A stretch of DNA of 64,000 nt from Calditrichia bacterium (GCA_020635015.1 JACKAP010000011.1:39025-103024); one strand, 5' to 3'; positions 41,596-50,639 are shown, numbered from the stretch's first letter. Numbers and translations are program-made. Notes: generated by a model from the sequence alone, not told the origin.

Positions 41596-42004
41596 ATGCA
41601 TTCTGAAAAAGCGCATCATTGTTTGATCGTCGGAGGCGGCCTGGCCGGGTTGATGGCGGCTCGCAAATTGCATGATGCGGGTATCGGCGTTACTGTGCTC
41701 GACAAGGGGCGGGGGCTGGGAGGAAGGCTGGCGACCCGGCGCTTCAGCCATCCGGAAGTGGGAGATGGTCGCGACGACACTCCTGAAAGCCGCGGCGCCC
41801 TGGGTTAAATCGCCGGTGCTGCGCTACCAATTGCACCGCTGGCGCTACAGTCAGCCGCTCAGCGGCGGCACGCCGGAATATTACCGGACGCTGGGGGCTC
41901 CCGCACCGCTGATCCTCGCCGGAGACGGCTTCAGCGGCGGCCGGGTGGAAGGGGCCGCCTGCTCCGGCCTGGCAGCTGCGGAGGCATTGCTGGCAACGGT
42001 TTAG
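41596..42004 (+). pseudogene. Remnant of a renalase-like NAD/FAD-dependent oxidoreductase: N-terminal ~55 aa and C-terminal ~80 aa joined by an internal deletion and a frame change
   Basis: Frame 1 reads MHSEKAHHCLIVGGGLAGLMAARKLHDAGIGVTVLDKGRGLGGRLATRRF (dinucleotide-binding GxGxxG). Frame 2 (ORF 41672..42004) reads ...HRWRYSQP...LILAGDGFSGGRVEGAACSGLAAAEALL, the typical C-terminal FAD motif. The ~200 aa expected between them are absent. Confidence 0.65.
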
Positions 42005-42062
42005 CCACGAATCCACCCGAATGCTTTAACGGCAGGGAAAAGTCTTAAAGTAGAACTATACT

Positions 42063-42102
42063 CAAAAAAAATCCCCGCAGACAGGGACATGCCTACGGGG
42101 AT
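42063..42102 (-). terminator. Rho-independent terminator of the DUF4397 gene
   Basis: The stem atccccg(c)ag (42071-42080) pairs with ct(a)cggggat (42093-42102) around a 12-nt loop. On the minus-strand transcript it is followed by a U8 run (A-run 42063-42070). It lies about 40 nt after the stop at 42141. Confidence 0.75.
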
Positions 42103-42140
42103 GGGGTGTTGTGAGGGCTACTGAGGGTAAATTAGAGTGC

Positions 42141-43457
42141 TTAGTTGGCGATGATTTCCGCGCCCAGCGCTTTATTGCCGGCGCCGCTGACCAATCCCTT
42201 TGCGAATACAGTGTAAATCTTACCATCTTCCAAAACAATACCGGGCAGGTCAAGCACGACGGTCGAGGTACCGGCCAGCCGAACCTGCAGATTATAGGTA
42301 GCGGCATCCAGCGGGGTAAAGTCGGTCGCTTGCTTAAATTCGTAATTACCGAACACCACGCTGCCGTCGGTCAGGGTGATATCGACCGCCGGGGCATCGG
42401 GCGAAAGGTGGATGAAGCGCACATGGGCTTTACCGGCTGCCGGGGCGGTCAGGTCGTCTTCGAACACCAGCGGGGTGATCTTGCTGAGCACGTCAACCGC
42501 GAAGATCGAGTAGTTCTGATCAGCCGTAAATACCAGGTCGGCTTCGATCACGGTCTGGGAAGTACCGCTCGCATTTACCTTGATGTTGCGGGTGCCGGGA
42601 TTCACTTCCAGGTAGCCGGTGTTGGCGGGAAATTCCAGGGCGGCGCTGTTTACCACCGCGTCATCCAGCAGCAGGTCGACACCGGGCGCATCGGGAGAAG
42701 CATGAATCACCATCACATTGGCCCGGGCATCGGTGGTCAGATCGACGAAGGCATCACCGGCATTATTGTCGACAAACACCCGCACAGCAAAGGGATAGTT
42801 GGTGTCGGTCAGGGTGCCGTGCGCCACTACGGTGTAAACCGAGCCGTTGGTCACCGTGATCGGATCAAATACCACCACTTCGGTATCCGAACCGGTCGGC
42901 GTTACCACGAAGGTATAAGTGCCGGCATCGACTTCGATATAGTCGGTGAACTGCTCAAAGGGCACATTTGTGAACACCGCCGGGCCGCTGCCGCTATTCA
43001 GTTTCACATCCACCGCCGGGGCATCGGGAGCGGTGTGCACCAGGCGCACTTTTGCTTTGCTGCTATTGGCGCTGCGGGCATCTTCACTCACGATGGCACC
43101 GATATTGGCCAGCTCATTGACGGCATATACCGTATATTCTTTATCCTGCTCCAGCGTCAGATCCACATCGATCACGATCGGGCTGGTCGCGCCGGTAGGG
43201 GATACCTGAATGTTACGAGTGCCGGCGGGTACCTCGGCATAACCGGAAGTTTCGCCATACGCGAGGTTGGCAATCGCCACGCTTCCGTCAACCCATATAT
43301 CAACTGCCGGGGCATCGTAGCTGGTGTGAATGACACGCACCTTCGCATTGCCGTCCGGCTCATTGTTGTTTACCGGGTTGCTGTCACTATCGCACGCAGT
43401 CAGCATGATTGCGGCCATCGCGACCATCACCACACTAAAAAACTTAAAACGCTTCAT
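42141..43457 (-). CDS. Lipoprotein made of four DUF4397-like repeats
   Basis: ORF of 438 aa with the lipobox MLTAC. A repeated module, (V/L)R(V/F)IH(T/A/L)SPDAP(A/G)VD(I/V/L)...Y.E(V)..G.....V...G, occurs four times. Confidence 0.8.
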   Translation of the reverse strand: MKRFKFFSVVMVAMAAIMLTACDSDSNPVNNNEPDGNAKVRVIHTSYDAPAVDIWVDGSVAIANLAYGETSGYAEVPAGTRNIQVSPTGATSPIVIDVDLTLEQDKEYTVYAVNELANIGAIVSEDARSANSSKAKVRLVHTAPDAPAVDVKLNSGSGPAVFTNVPFEQFTDYIEVDAGTYTFVVTPTGSDTEVVVFDPITVTNGSVYTVVAHGTLTDTNYPFAVRVFVDNNAGDAFVDLTTDARANVMVIHASPDAPGVDLLLDDAVVNSAALEFPANTGYLEVNPGTRNIKVNASGTSQTVIEADLVFTADQNYSIFAVDVLSKITPLVFEDDLTAPAAGKAHVRFIHLSPDAPAVDITLTDGSVVFGNYEFKQATDFTPLDAATYNLQVRLAGTSTVVLDLPGIVLEDGKIYTVFAKGLVSGAGNKALGAEIIAN

Positions 43458-43545
43458 AGCTTGCTCCTTTGGTTTGTTTGAACAAATCGGTTGAATAAAT
43501 AGCTAAGTCCACTTACTACCTCCTTGTATGATGAAAACCCCAATA

Positions 43546-43642
43546 TGAGCGTTTTGAGCGTTTTCGAAAGCAATAATATAACGGTGGAGTTCAAATGTCA
43601 AGCAAAAAATCAAAAATATCGCTCAAATCGCTCAAATTTGAG
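43546..43642. repeat. Inverted pair of the (A)ACGCTCAA 9-mer direct repeat
   Basis: The left arm tgagcgttttgagcgtttt (43546-43564) is the reverse complement of AAAACGCTCAAAACGCTCA. The right arm is atcgctcaaatcgctcaaa (43618-43636), followed by tttgag. The motif is the same as at 30348, 37812 and 37874. Confidence 0.85.
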
Positions 43643-43837
43643 TTTTTGGGGCACTCACACCATCGGAAGCAGTGCCGGTTTGAGCAGGCGCATTTTCACC
43701 ATCGTCATAAAAAAAAATCTGCCAGAGTGGAATTTAAAAATCATGGGAACGATCTAGGCGTGTTGACATTTAGCCGGTCGGATTGGTGGTGGAGAAGGGC
43801 AGGGGGAGGGGCGGGCTGTGGGCGTGTATTTTTGAAA

Positions 43838-43914
43838 GGATGAAGGATGAAGGATAAAGGATGAAGGATGAAGGATGAAGGATAAAGGATGAAGGATGAA
43901 GGATGAAGGATGAA
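43838..43914. repeat. Heptamer array (GGATGAA / GGATAAA) x11
   Basis: Counted by hand: 2 x ggatgaa, ggataaa, 3 x ggatgaa, ggataaa, 4 x ggatgaa. Confidence 0.95.
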
Positions 43915-43967
43915 GAAAATCTTGCGAAAAGTGCTTGGTCATGGAAATAGATTTCGTTTTGTTCTAA

Positions 43968-44037
43968 CATCCAACATCCAACATCCAATATCCAACATCC
44001 AACATCCAACATCCAACATCCAACATCCAACATCCAG
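43968..44037. repeat. Heptamer array (CATCCAA) x10, partly complementary to the GGATGAA array
   Basis: Counted by hand; the variants are tatccaa and catccag. It ends 6 nt from the aminotransferase stop codon. GGATG pairs with CATCC in every unit (5 of 7 positions). Confidence 0.95.
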
Positions 44038-44043
44038 CATCTG

Positions 44044-45339
44044 CTACAACTGCTTCAAATGCTTCTTCAGCAGATTTCCCATTATCTCAATACCTTCAAA
44101 TATCCGCTCTTTCGGCACTGCGGAGAAGGAAAGACGCATGCCGTTGGTATGCGGTTTGGCCGACACCAATTTGCCCCGCGCATCGACCACCAGCCCTTCC
44201 GGCGGGAAGAAAGCATGGGAGGGCACAAAGAGCAGATTGTTTGGTATCGCCACCTTCTCATTGAAGGTCTTCGAGTCAAAATTAACCCCGGGCAGGGTTT
44301 CCCACCAGACGAAGAAGCCCCCGGTGGGCCGGGTCATGATGCCTTTCGGGAAAAAGCTTCCCAGCGCTTCCAGCATCGCCCCGCAGCGTTCCCGGTAGAT
44401 GCCCAGCACTTCCCCGAGGATCTGGTCGAGGTCCAGGGAATAGTAGCGCTCGGCAATGACCTGGTTGAGTACCGGGCTGCACAGGTCGTAATAGCCCTTG
44501 GCTTTTTCCACCATATCACCGATCTCTGCCGGATATACCCCATAGCCGATGCGCAGCACCCCGGCTTCTTTGCTGGTGGAGGCGAGATATACCACCACCC
44601 GGTTCTCGGTGTCGTAGGCTTTAATCGGATTGAGACGCTTCTTGCCGAATTGGATTTCCTTGTAGGCGCCGTCCTCTACAATCAGGATGTTTTCCCGTTG
44701 CGCGATCTCGAAAAAGGCTTTGCGGCGGTCTTGCGGCAGGGTGGTGCCGGAGGGATTGTCGCTATCGGAGACGATATAGAGAATCTTCGGCACCGTTCCG
44801 GCTTCGCGCTTGACCGCGGCGATGGCTTTCTCTACTCCCTCCACCGTCAAGCCGTTCTCATCGCTAGGGCAGCAGACCACATTCCCGCCCAACTTGACCG
44901 CCGGCGTGACGAAGCCAAGGTAGCTCGGCGCGGCGCTGAGGATGTAATCGCCGGGGTTGATGATGCTGTCGAGCAGCCCGTAGAGCGCCTGTTGAGCGCC
45001 GTTCGTCACCAGCACCCGGTGATAATCGGTTTCCGGATCAAACGGCAGGTGCTGGCGTTCCACCAGCCGCTTCAGAAAAAGCTTCCGCAGGCTGTCCAGA
45101 CCAGGAGTTTTATTGTAGTTGAAGAGTTGCAGCGAGGATGCCTTATTGCCTTCCCCGATATCGCTCAGCAATTCCCGGCCAATCTCTTCGATGATGCCGG
45201 CCAACTGGCGGATCGGCAGCGCACCGGGCAGTCCGCCGCCGAAATAATACTTCACCTGGTACTTCAACAGCCTCCGGATTTCACCTTCCGGGATTCGATA
45301 GGTCCATTCGGCATAAGGCAGCGTTTCTCTTTTTAACAT
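44044..45339 (-). CDS. PLP-dependent aminotransferase (class I/II fold)
   Basis: ORF of 431 aa with VTNGAQQALYGLLDSIINPGDYIL, SDSDNPSGTTL, ILIVEDGAYKEIQF and YLASTSKEAGVLRIGYG (Lys in the SxSK context). Confidence 0.85.
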   Translation of the reverse strand: MLKRETLPYAEWTYRIPEGEIRRLLKYQVKYYFGGGLPGALPIRQLAGIIEEIGRELLSDIGEGNKASSLQLFNYNKTPGLDSLRKLFLKRLVERQHLPFDPETDYHRVLVTNGAQQALYGLLDSIINPGDYILSAAPSYLGFVTPAVKLGGNVVCCPSDENGLTVEGVEKAIAAVKREAGTVPKILYIVSDSDNPSGTTLPQDRRKAFFEIAQRENILIVEDGAYKEIQFGKKRLNPIKAYDTENRVVVYLASTSKEAGVLRIGYGVYPAEIGDMVEKAKGYYDLCSPVLNQVIAERYYSLDLDQILGEVLGIYRERCGAMLEALGSFFPKGIMTRPTGGFFVWWETLPGVNFDSKTFNEKVAIPNNLLFVPSHAFFPPEGLVVDARGKLVSAKPHTNGMRLSFSAVPKERIFEGIEIMGNLLKKHLKQL

Positions 45340-45453
45340 CGGTCACCTCCATTCGATAATCCCGCCACGGGGGTGACAGCGGCAATCGCTACCTGAAAGC
45401 TCCTGCGTTCAGTGTGAGAACCTCCTGCTAACTCCGGTGAATGCCCGCCATCA

Positions 45454-45921
45454 TCATACGCCGTCCGGCGTTTTGATCTCTACCTCGAACGACACTTCCG
45501 TCGTAATCGAATTGGTGATCAGGCATTGCTGATGCGCACGTTCCAGCGTTTGACGGGCTAAGGCAACTGCTTCAGGCGTTTCGACAATGATCGTAGGCGA
45601 TATGATAACTTTGGTAAAACGATAGCTGCCGTCAACAAACTCCAGGATTCCCCGGGCACGGCTGGTATATGATTTTACCGGAAGCGACTTCCGCTCGGCA
45701 AATGCCGAAAAGGTCAATAGCATGCACATATCTATTGAACCGACAAAGAGATCCTCCGGCGTCCATACCCCGGGTTCACCTTTGAATTCCGGCGGACTGG
45801 CGAAGCGGATTTCCGGCTTTTCTGTTCCGCGGATCGTACCGGTCTTACCACCGTTCCAATGCAGGCTGGTTTCGAATGAGAAGGATTTGTGCTTGATGGT
45901 TGGTTTTGCGTCGGATGGCAT
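45454..45921 (-). CDS. OsmC/Ohr-family peroxiredoxin-like protein
   Basis: ORF of 155 aa with WTPEDLFVGSIDMCMLLTF and ERAHQQCLITNSI, the two conserved Cys contexts of the OsmC family. Confidence 0.82.
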   Translation of the reverse strand: MPSDAKPTIKHKSFSFETSLHWNGGKTGTIRGTEKPEIRFASPPEFKGEPGVWTPEDLFVGSIDMCMLLTFSAFAERKSLPVKSYTSRARGILEFVDGSYRFTKVIISPTIIVETPEAVALARQTLERAHQQCLITNSITTEVSFEVEIKTPDGV

Positions 45922-46045
45922 CTGCTAACTCCCTTTTATAACTATATGAACTAGCGTTTCAAGCTTGTTCTATGTTATGACAAATCCCCAATCCAAACCA
46001 TGAGATCGGTTAGCCGGAAATATGATTTTTGTCAGATGCAACATC

Positions 46046-46939
46046 TCAGCGGGATTTGAGTTCGCTGAGCTTATCGATGGCGGGCATGTATAATGGTTCG
46101 ATTCGCAATACCGTCTCATAGTAGCGGATTGCGGTATTGCGCGACTGTCGGGCAACCGCCTGATCGCCCTGCTCCATGTAGAATTTGATGATTTTTTGCT
46201 TCATCTTGAGGATGTAGTTGTTCTCCGGATCGATCGCCAGAATTTCTTCGATATACATCAGCGCATTATTGTCTTCCGGTGTGAGGTAATTTCCCCCCTG
46301 GAAAGCTTGAATCGCTTTGTCGACCAGTTCCGGAAGCCTTTTCTGAAGCATCAGGTGCCGCGCTTCCACCGCCAGGAGGGAGTCCTGAATCTCTGCCGTG
46401 CGCAGCAGCGACAGGGAGGCGAAGTCACCTTCCGGATATTGCCGGAGGTAATCCTGATATACCTGCTTGGCATCGCTGTATTTGCCTTGCTGATATAGCA
46501 TCTCCCCTTTGCTGAACAGGGATTTGCTTTCCTGAAATTCGAACCAGTCGATCATATACCACACGCCGCTGACCAGCAGGGCGGTGGTGACCAATGCCAC
46601 CAGCAGCACGAAACGGCGTTTCTCTTTTGTCACGGTGGGAATCGTCGATGCGCCATAGGCTTCAGGCGCGGCCGGTCTTGCGGTATTGGGCCGCCTATCC
46701 GCCGTCTGTTGCGGTCGGCTGGAAAGCGGTGACGACTGCCGGGGCGAGATTGTCTCCGGCGGCTGCTGCCGCACAGCGGGATTGACCGGTAGATCCGGTC
46801 GGCTCTCGCCGATCACCCGTAACGGGGTCTGCACCACCTCAGGATCACCGGAAATTGATTCGCTCAACGTCTGTTTACAGCGGATGCATGTCACGCGGCT
46901 ATTGCTGTTAATTGCACCGCAATGATTGCAGACAATCAT
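46046..46939 (-). CDS. Zinc-ribbon / Pro-rich linker / single-TM / TPR-repeat protein
   Basis: ORF of 297 aa. It starts MIVCNHCGAINSNSRVTCIRCKQTL (CxxC...CxxC), has the TM helix FVLLVALVTTALLVSGVWYMI, and then shows TPR-like helices (YQQGKYSDAKQVYQDYL..., AIRYYETVLRIEP). Confidence 0.7.
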   Translation of the reverse strand: MIVCNHCGAINSNSRVTCIRCKQTLSESISGDPEVVQTPLRVIGESRPDLPVNPAVRQQPPETISPRQSSPLSSRPQQTADRRPNTARPAAPEAYGASTIPTVTKEKRRFVLLVALVTTALLVSGVWYMIDWFEFQESKSLFSKGEMLYQQGKYSDAKQVYQDYLRQYPEGDFASLSLLRTAEIQDSLLAVEARHLMLQKRLPELVDKAIQAFQGGNYLTPEDNNALMYIEEILAIDPENNYILKMKQKIIKFYMEQGDQAVARQSRNTAIRYYETVLRIEPLYMPAIDKLSELKSR

Positions 46940-47206
46940 GTATCATCCTTTTTGAATTCTCTCCTCAAAACTGCTCAAGCCCCCGGTGATGGATGTTGCT
47001 TTGGGGTGGTGGTGTTTGAAATGAGCCGGGCGGCATACTCCCCTATATACTGACAGGCACACATACGACAAAAACCGGAGGATGGGCAGGTCGCAGTATC
47101 GCCGCCAAGAATGCCCTAAAGTTCACGAACTTCCAGTGAATCATCGTGATATCGGTCAATAGAATCAGGATTAATTGTATAATTCTCTCACACGCTGTGA
47201 GGCGGG

Positions 47207-48283
47207 TTACTGGCCAATATATCGCCCAATTGCCCGCTCTTTCAGGCTGCCGAGATACAGGGTGTCGCCGTCCGCCTGCACGCTGGTGATCATGCCATAG
47301 GGTTTGCCGTCCGGCGATTGCAGATTGTCGGTGATTCGCCCTTCCATATCCAGGCCGATGACAAAACCGTAAGGTATCGCATCGGGCTGCAGCGCATCCG
47401 GCAGGCGGGCGATCATTTTACGCAGGAAAGGCTGTTGCGCCAGCTTGTCGACCAGCGGATTGCGCGGGGAGGCCAGGGCCAGCCAGAAACGGTCTTTGCC
47501 GTTGCAGGAGATGCCGTCGGGAAAGCCGGGGAGCCGGTCGATGAAAATATCGCTCTGCCCGGCCCGATCTCCGGCCAGCCAGTAGCGCCGTACCCGGTAT
47601 TTCCAGGTTTCATTGACCAGCACAAACTGCTGGTCCGGGCTGACCGCCACCCCGTTGGCAAAGTAGAGGCTGTCGAGCAGGATGCGGGTCTGACCGGTGG
47701 TGGGATCGTAGACCAGCAGGCGGCCGTTGGGACGGTGCTCAAGCGCATCCAGCCGGTATTCCGCCTGGGAAAATTTGTGGGAGGCGTCGCTGAAGTAGAT
47801 CTTGCCATCGCGGGCGATATCGACATCATCGGTAAAGCGGAAGGGCACCCCGCCGGCGGAGTTGACCAGCAAAGCAATCTTGCCATCCGGATGCACCGCC
47901 AGCAGGCCGCGGTAAGCATCGGCAACAATCAGGTTGCCGCGGCGGTCGAAATGCAGTCCCAGCGGCCGCCCGCCGGTGTTAGCAAATACTTCCGCACCGC
48001 TGCCGTCCGGTTGGAAGCGGTAGATCCGCCCATCCTGCACACCGCCGTAAATGCGCCCCAGCGAATCGAGCGCGACATCCTCCGGACCGTGCCCGTCGGG
48101 CAGTTCCAGGCGCTCTACCACTGCCAACCGCTCGTTGGGGGTCAGCAGGCCGGTCAGCGGAACGGCCGGGTCAGGTGTCCAGGCCGCCGGATCGACCCGC
48201 ACCGGCCAGAGCAGGAGGTAGAGAATGCCGGCCAGCAATATCGCCAGAATTGTATAAATCGATTTGTAAGTGAATTTTGTCAT
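47207..48283 (-). CDS. Strictosidine synthase-like / SMP-30-gluconolactonase family beta-propeller protein, N-terminally membrane anchored
   Basis: Part of ORF 47207..48307. It shows GPEDVALDSLGRIYGG, GRPLGLHFDRRGNLIVADA, FTDDVDIARDGKIYFSDAS, NGVAVSPDQQFVLVNET and GFPDGISCNG. I set the start at ATG 48283 (MTKFTYKSIYTILAILLAGILYLLLW) because the first 8 tracked codons lie in a heptamer repeat. Confidence 0.85.
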   Translation of the reverse strand: MTKFTYKSIYTILAILLAGILYLLLWPVRVDPAAWTPDPAVPLTGLLTPNERLAVVERLELPDGHGPEDVALDSLGRIYGGVQDGRIYRFQPDGSGAEVFANTGGRPLGLHFDRRGNLIVADAYRGLLAVHPDGKIALLVNSAGGVPFRFTDDVDIARDGKIYFSDASHKFSQAEYRLDALEHRPNGRLLVYDPTTGQTRILLDSLYFANGVAVSPDQQFVLVNETWKYRVRRYWLAGDRAGQSDIFIDRLPGFPDGISCNGKDRFWLALASPRNPLVDKLAQQPFLRKMIARLPDALQPDAIPYGFVIGLDMEGRITDNLQSPDGKPYGMITSVQADGDTLYLGSLKERAIGRYIGQ

Positions 48284-48290
48284 AATGCTC

Positions 48291-48318
48291 CATCCTTCAT
48301 CCTTCATCCTTTATCCTT
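48291..48318. repeat. Heptamers CATCCTT x3-4 (reverse complement AAGGATG; same family as 43838-43914)
   Basis: The array reads catcctt catcctt catcctt tatcctt. It encodes the last codons and the TGA stop of the NAD(P)-binding gene (…GKKEKDKG*). Confidence 0.9.
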
Positions 48319-48975
48319 TTCCTTTTTGCCATGCCCCTGAATTTCATCCGACTCATAGATCCGCACTCCGCTGGGTGCTTTTTGCGCGGCAGCCAGAATT
48401 GCCGCCGCCACCGTTCCGGCGTGGATGGGGCGGTAGCGGGCCGGGATCAAAGGATTGAACAGGCTGGCCAGGGGTTTGAACAGTTCCTCCTTCCAGCGGA
48501 ATTCCTGCCGTTCGCCGAGCAGCAGGGAGGGGCGGAAGATGCTCACGGCAGGGTAGCCCAGCGACTGAACCGCTGCCTCGATCTCCCCCTTCACCCGGCT
48601 GTAGAAGATGCGTGATGTTGCATCCGCACCGCTGGAGGAAACCAGCAGGAAATGTTCTGCTCCGTTCTCCCGGGCGGCCCGTGCCATCTCCAGGGGGTAG
48701 GTATAATCGACCCGGTAGAATGCCTCCTGCGAACCGGCTTTTGCAATGGTGGTGCCCAGGGCGCAAATCACTTGATCCACCGCCGTGTAGGCGCGATAGC
48801 TTTCCGGGCGGTCAAAATCGACCATCCGGATCTCCAGGCGGGGATGGGGAGCGATCACCCCCTCCCGGCGGGTGAACACCACGATGCGCTCATACCCCGG
48901 TTCCACCAGCAGCCGGCGCAAACACTCTCCCCCCACCAACCCGCTGGCTCCAAGCAATAGTACGGATTTCTTCAT
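48304..48975 (-). CDS. NAD(P)H-binding atypical SDR (HTATIP2/NmrA-like)
   Basis: ORF of 223 aa starting MKKSVLLLGASGLVGGECLRRLL (a Rossmann fold), with VSSSGADATSRIFYSRVKGE. Confidence 0.8.
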   Translation of the reverse strand: MKKSVLLLGASGLVGGECLRRLLVEPGYERIVVFTRREGVIAPHPRLEIRMVDFDRPESYRAYTAVDQVICALGTTIAKAGSQEAFYRVDYTYPLEMARAARENGAEHFLLVSSSGADATSRIFYSRVKGEIEAAVQSLGYPAVSIFRPSLLLGERQEFRWKEELFKPLASLFNPLIPARYRPIHAGTVAAAILAAAQKAPSGVRIYESDEIQGHGKKEKDKG

Positions 48976-49001
48976 GACATTTTCTCTTGTCGAAACAATT
49001 T

Positions 49002-49178
49002 AAATAGAACGCGGATGACGCGGATGACACGGATTCTCGCAGATAAGAGTTGGTTACATTGTTAACTGTCACATTGCTAAGCTTTCGTTTGTATTCCACT
49101 TAATGTGGTTGAAATACGACAAGCAATGTAAACATGTAATCTTTCATCTGTGTAAATCCGCGTCATCCGCGTTCTATT
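49002..49178. repeat. Element with AATAGAACGCGGATGACGCGGAT TIRs, copy 3 (different interior)
   Basis: The left end is aaatagaacgcggatgacgcggatgacacggattctcgcagat. The reverse complement of the right end is aatagaacgcggatgacgcggatttacacagatg. The interior is unrelated to copies 1 and 2. Confidence 0.85.
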
Positions 49179-49194
49179 GTAGTAAACCACGATA

Positions 49195-50508
49195 CTACAA
49201 AAACGCCTCCAACGCATCCGACAGATCCGGCTTGCCGATTTCCTGCACCTCATAGCGCACCTGCACCGCCGGCTTGTTGATCTTGAGCAGTTTGCGCAGG
49301 TCGATCGGGGTGCCGATGATCACCGCATCGCACTCGGTGGCGTTGATGGTCGCTTCCAGGTCGGCGATTTGTTGATCGCCATACCCCATCGCCGGCAACA
49401 GGGTGCCGATGTCGGGATATTTCTCGAAGGTCTCGCTGATGCTGCCGACGGTGTAAGGCCGGGGATCGACGATCTCCGCCGCGGCGAATTTTTCCGCCGC
49501 CACTACCCCGGCGCCGTAGGTCATCTCGCCGTGGGTGAGGGTGGGACCGTCTTCGATCACCAGCACCCGGCGATTGCGGATCAGGTTGAAGTCATCGACG
49601 AAGATCGGCGAGGCGGCATCGATCACCAGCGCCTCCGGATTGACTTCCTGGATCGATTCCCGCACCTGATTGATGCCATCGGGTTCGGCGGTGTCGATCT
49701 TATTGATCAGCACCACGTCGGCCATGCGCAGGTTGGCTTCACCGGGATAATAAAACAGCTCGTCTCCCGGGCGGTGGGGATCGACCACCGTGATGTGCAG
49801 GTCGGTTTGGTAGAAGGGCAGGTCGTTATTGCCGCCGTCCCATACGATCACATCGGCTTCCTTCTCCGCCTCACGCATGATTGCCTCATAATCCACCCCG
49901 GCATAGATCACGTTGCCGCGCACGATATGCGGCTCATATTCCTCCCGCTCCTCGATGGTGCATTTGTGGCGGTCGAGATCGGCCAATTCGGCGAAGCGCT
50001 GCACCCGCTGGGCCACCAGGTTGCCGTAGGGCATCGGATGGCGGATGGCGGCGACCTTTTTGCCCGCAGCCTTGAGCAGCTCCACCACCCGGCGGGTCAC
50101 CTGGCTCTTGCCGCATCCGGTGCGCACCGCACAGACTGCGATCACCGGTTTGCTCGATTTAATCATGGTGCGCTCCGGGCCCATCAGCTTAAAGTCCGCC
50201 CCGGCGGCATTGACCCGCGCCGCCAGCGACATCACATAGTCGTAAGGCACGTCGGAGTAAGCGAACACCGCCTCCTCCACACCCAGATCACGGATCAGGT
50301 CTTCCAGTTCGCTTTCCGGATAGATCTTAATCCCTTCCGGATAGAGGTTGCCGGCCAGCTCGGCGGGATATTTTCGTCCGTCAATATTGGGAATCTGGGT
50401 AGCGGTAAAAGCCACCACATTATAGGCCTCATTATCGCGGTAAAACGTGTTGAAATTATGAAAATCCCGACCCGCCGCGCCAAGGATGAGGGTGTTGATA
50501 GCTGACAT
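49195..50508 (-). CDS. COG2403-type P-loop GTPase (family often annotated as cyclic 2,3-diphosphoglycerate synthase-like)
   Basis: ORF of 437 aa with ILGAAGRDFHNFN, VVAFTATQIPNIDGRKYP, CAVRTGCGKSQVTR (P-loop), IRHPMPYG, CTIEEREEYEPH, WDGGNNDLPF, IEDGPTLTHGEM and LPAMGYG. Confidence 0.78.
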   Translation of the reverse strand: MSAINTLILGAAGRDFHNFNTFYRDNEAYNVVAFTATQIPNIDGRKYPAELAGNLYPEGIKIYPESELEDLIRDLGVEEAVFAYSDVPYDYVMSLAARVNAAGADFKLMGPERTMIKSSKPVIAVCAVRTGCGKSQVTRRVVELLKAAGKKVAAIRHPMPYGNLVAQRVQRFAELADLDRHKCTIEEREEYEPHIVRGNVIYAGVDYEAIMREAEKEADVIVWDGGNNDLPFYQTDLHITVVDPHRPGDELFYYPGEANLRMADVVLINKIDTAEPDGINQVRESIQEVNPEALVIDAASPIFVDDFNLIRNRRVLVIEDGPTLTHGEMTYGAGVVAAEKFAAAEIVDPRPYTVGSISETFEKYPDIGTLLPAMGYGDQQIADLEATINATECDAVIIGTPIDLRKLLKINKPAVQVRYEVQEIGKPDLSDALEAFL

Positions 50509-50573
50509 GAGATTACCTCCTGAAGTGATTAAAAATGTGTGATTGAGAAATCCGTATTCGTTTTAATGTCGTG

Positions 50574-50605
50574 TTAATGGGTGAATGGGTTGATGGGTTA
50601 ATGGG
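50574..50605. repeat. Octamer array T(T/G)(A/G)ATGGG x4
   Basis: The array reads ttaatggg tgaatggg ttgatggg ttaatggg and is related to the array at 34983-35038. Confidence 0.85.
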
Positions 50606-50639
50606 TAAATACAATTTCAAAGATCGATAATCTACCCCA

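Noticed and set aside
43524-44398. Small ORFs in the repeat-rich gap and opposite the aminotransferase 3' end (43524..43757, 43595..43843, 43754..44033, 43910..44398).
   Set aside because: They are composed largely of translated heptamer or 9-mer repeats (for example SSFILHP repeats and NIQHPTS repeats). They have no recognisable domain or ribosome-binding site.
45340-45453. Possible riboswitch or leader between the OsmC gene and the aminotransferase gene, and generally tRNA or other RNA genes in the longer spacers (45922-46045, 46940-47206, 17866-17938).
   Set aside because: I could not recognise any conserved RNA-family core, such as a tRNA cloverleaf with a GTTCGAATC-type T-loop or a riboswitch box, by eye. 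Without a covariance-model scan the claim would be unsupported.
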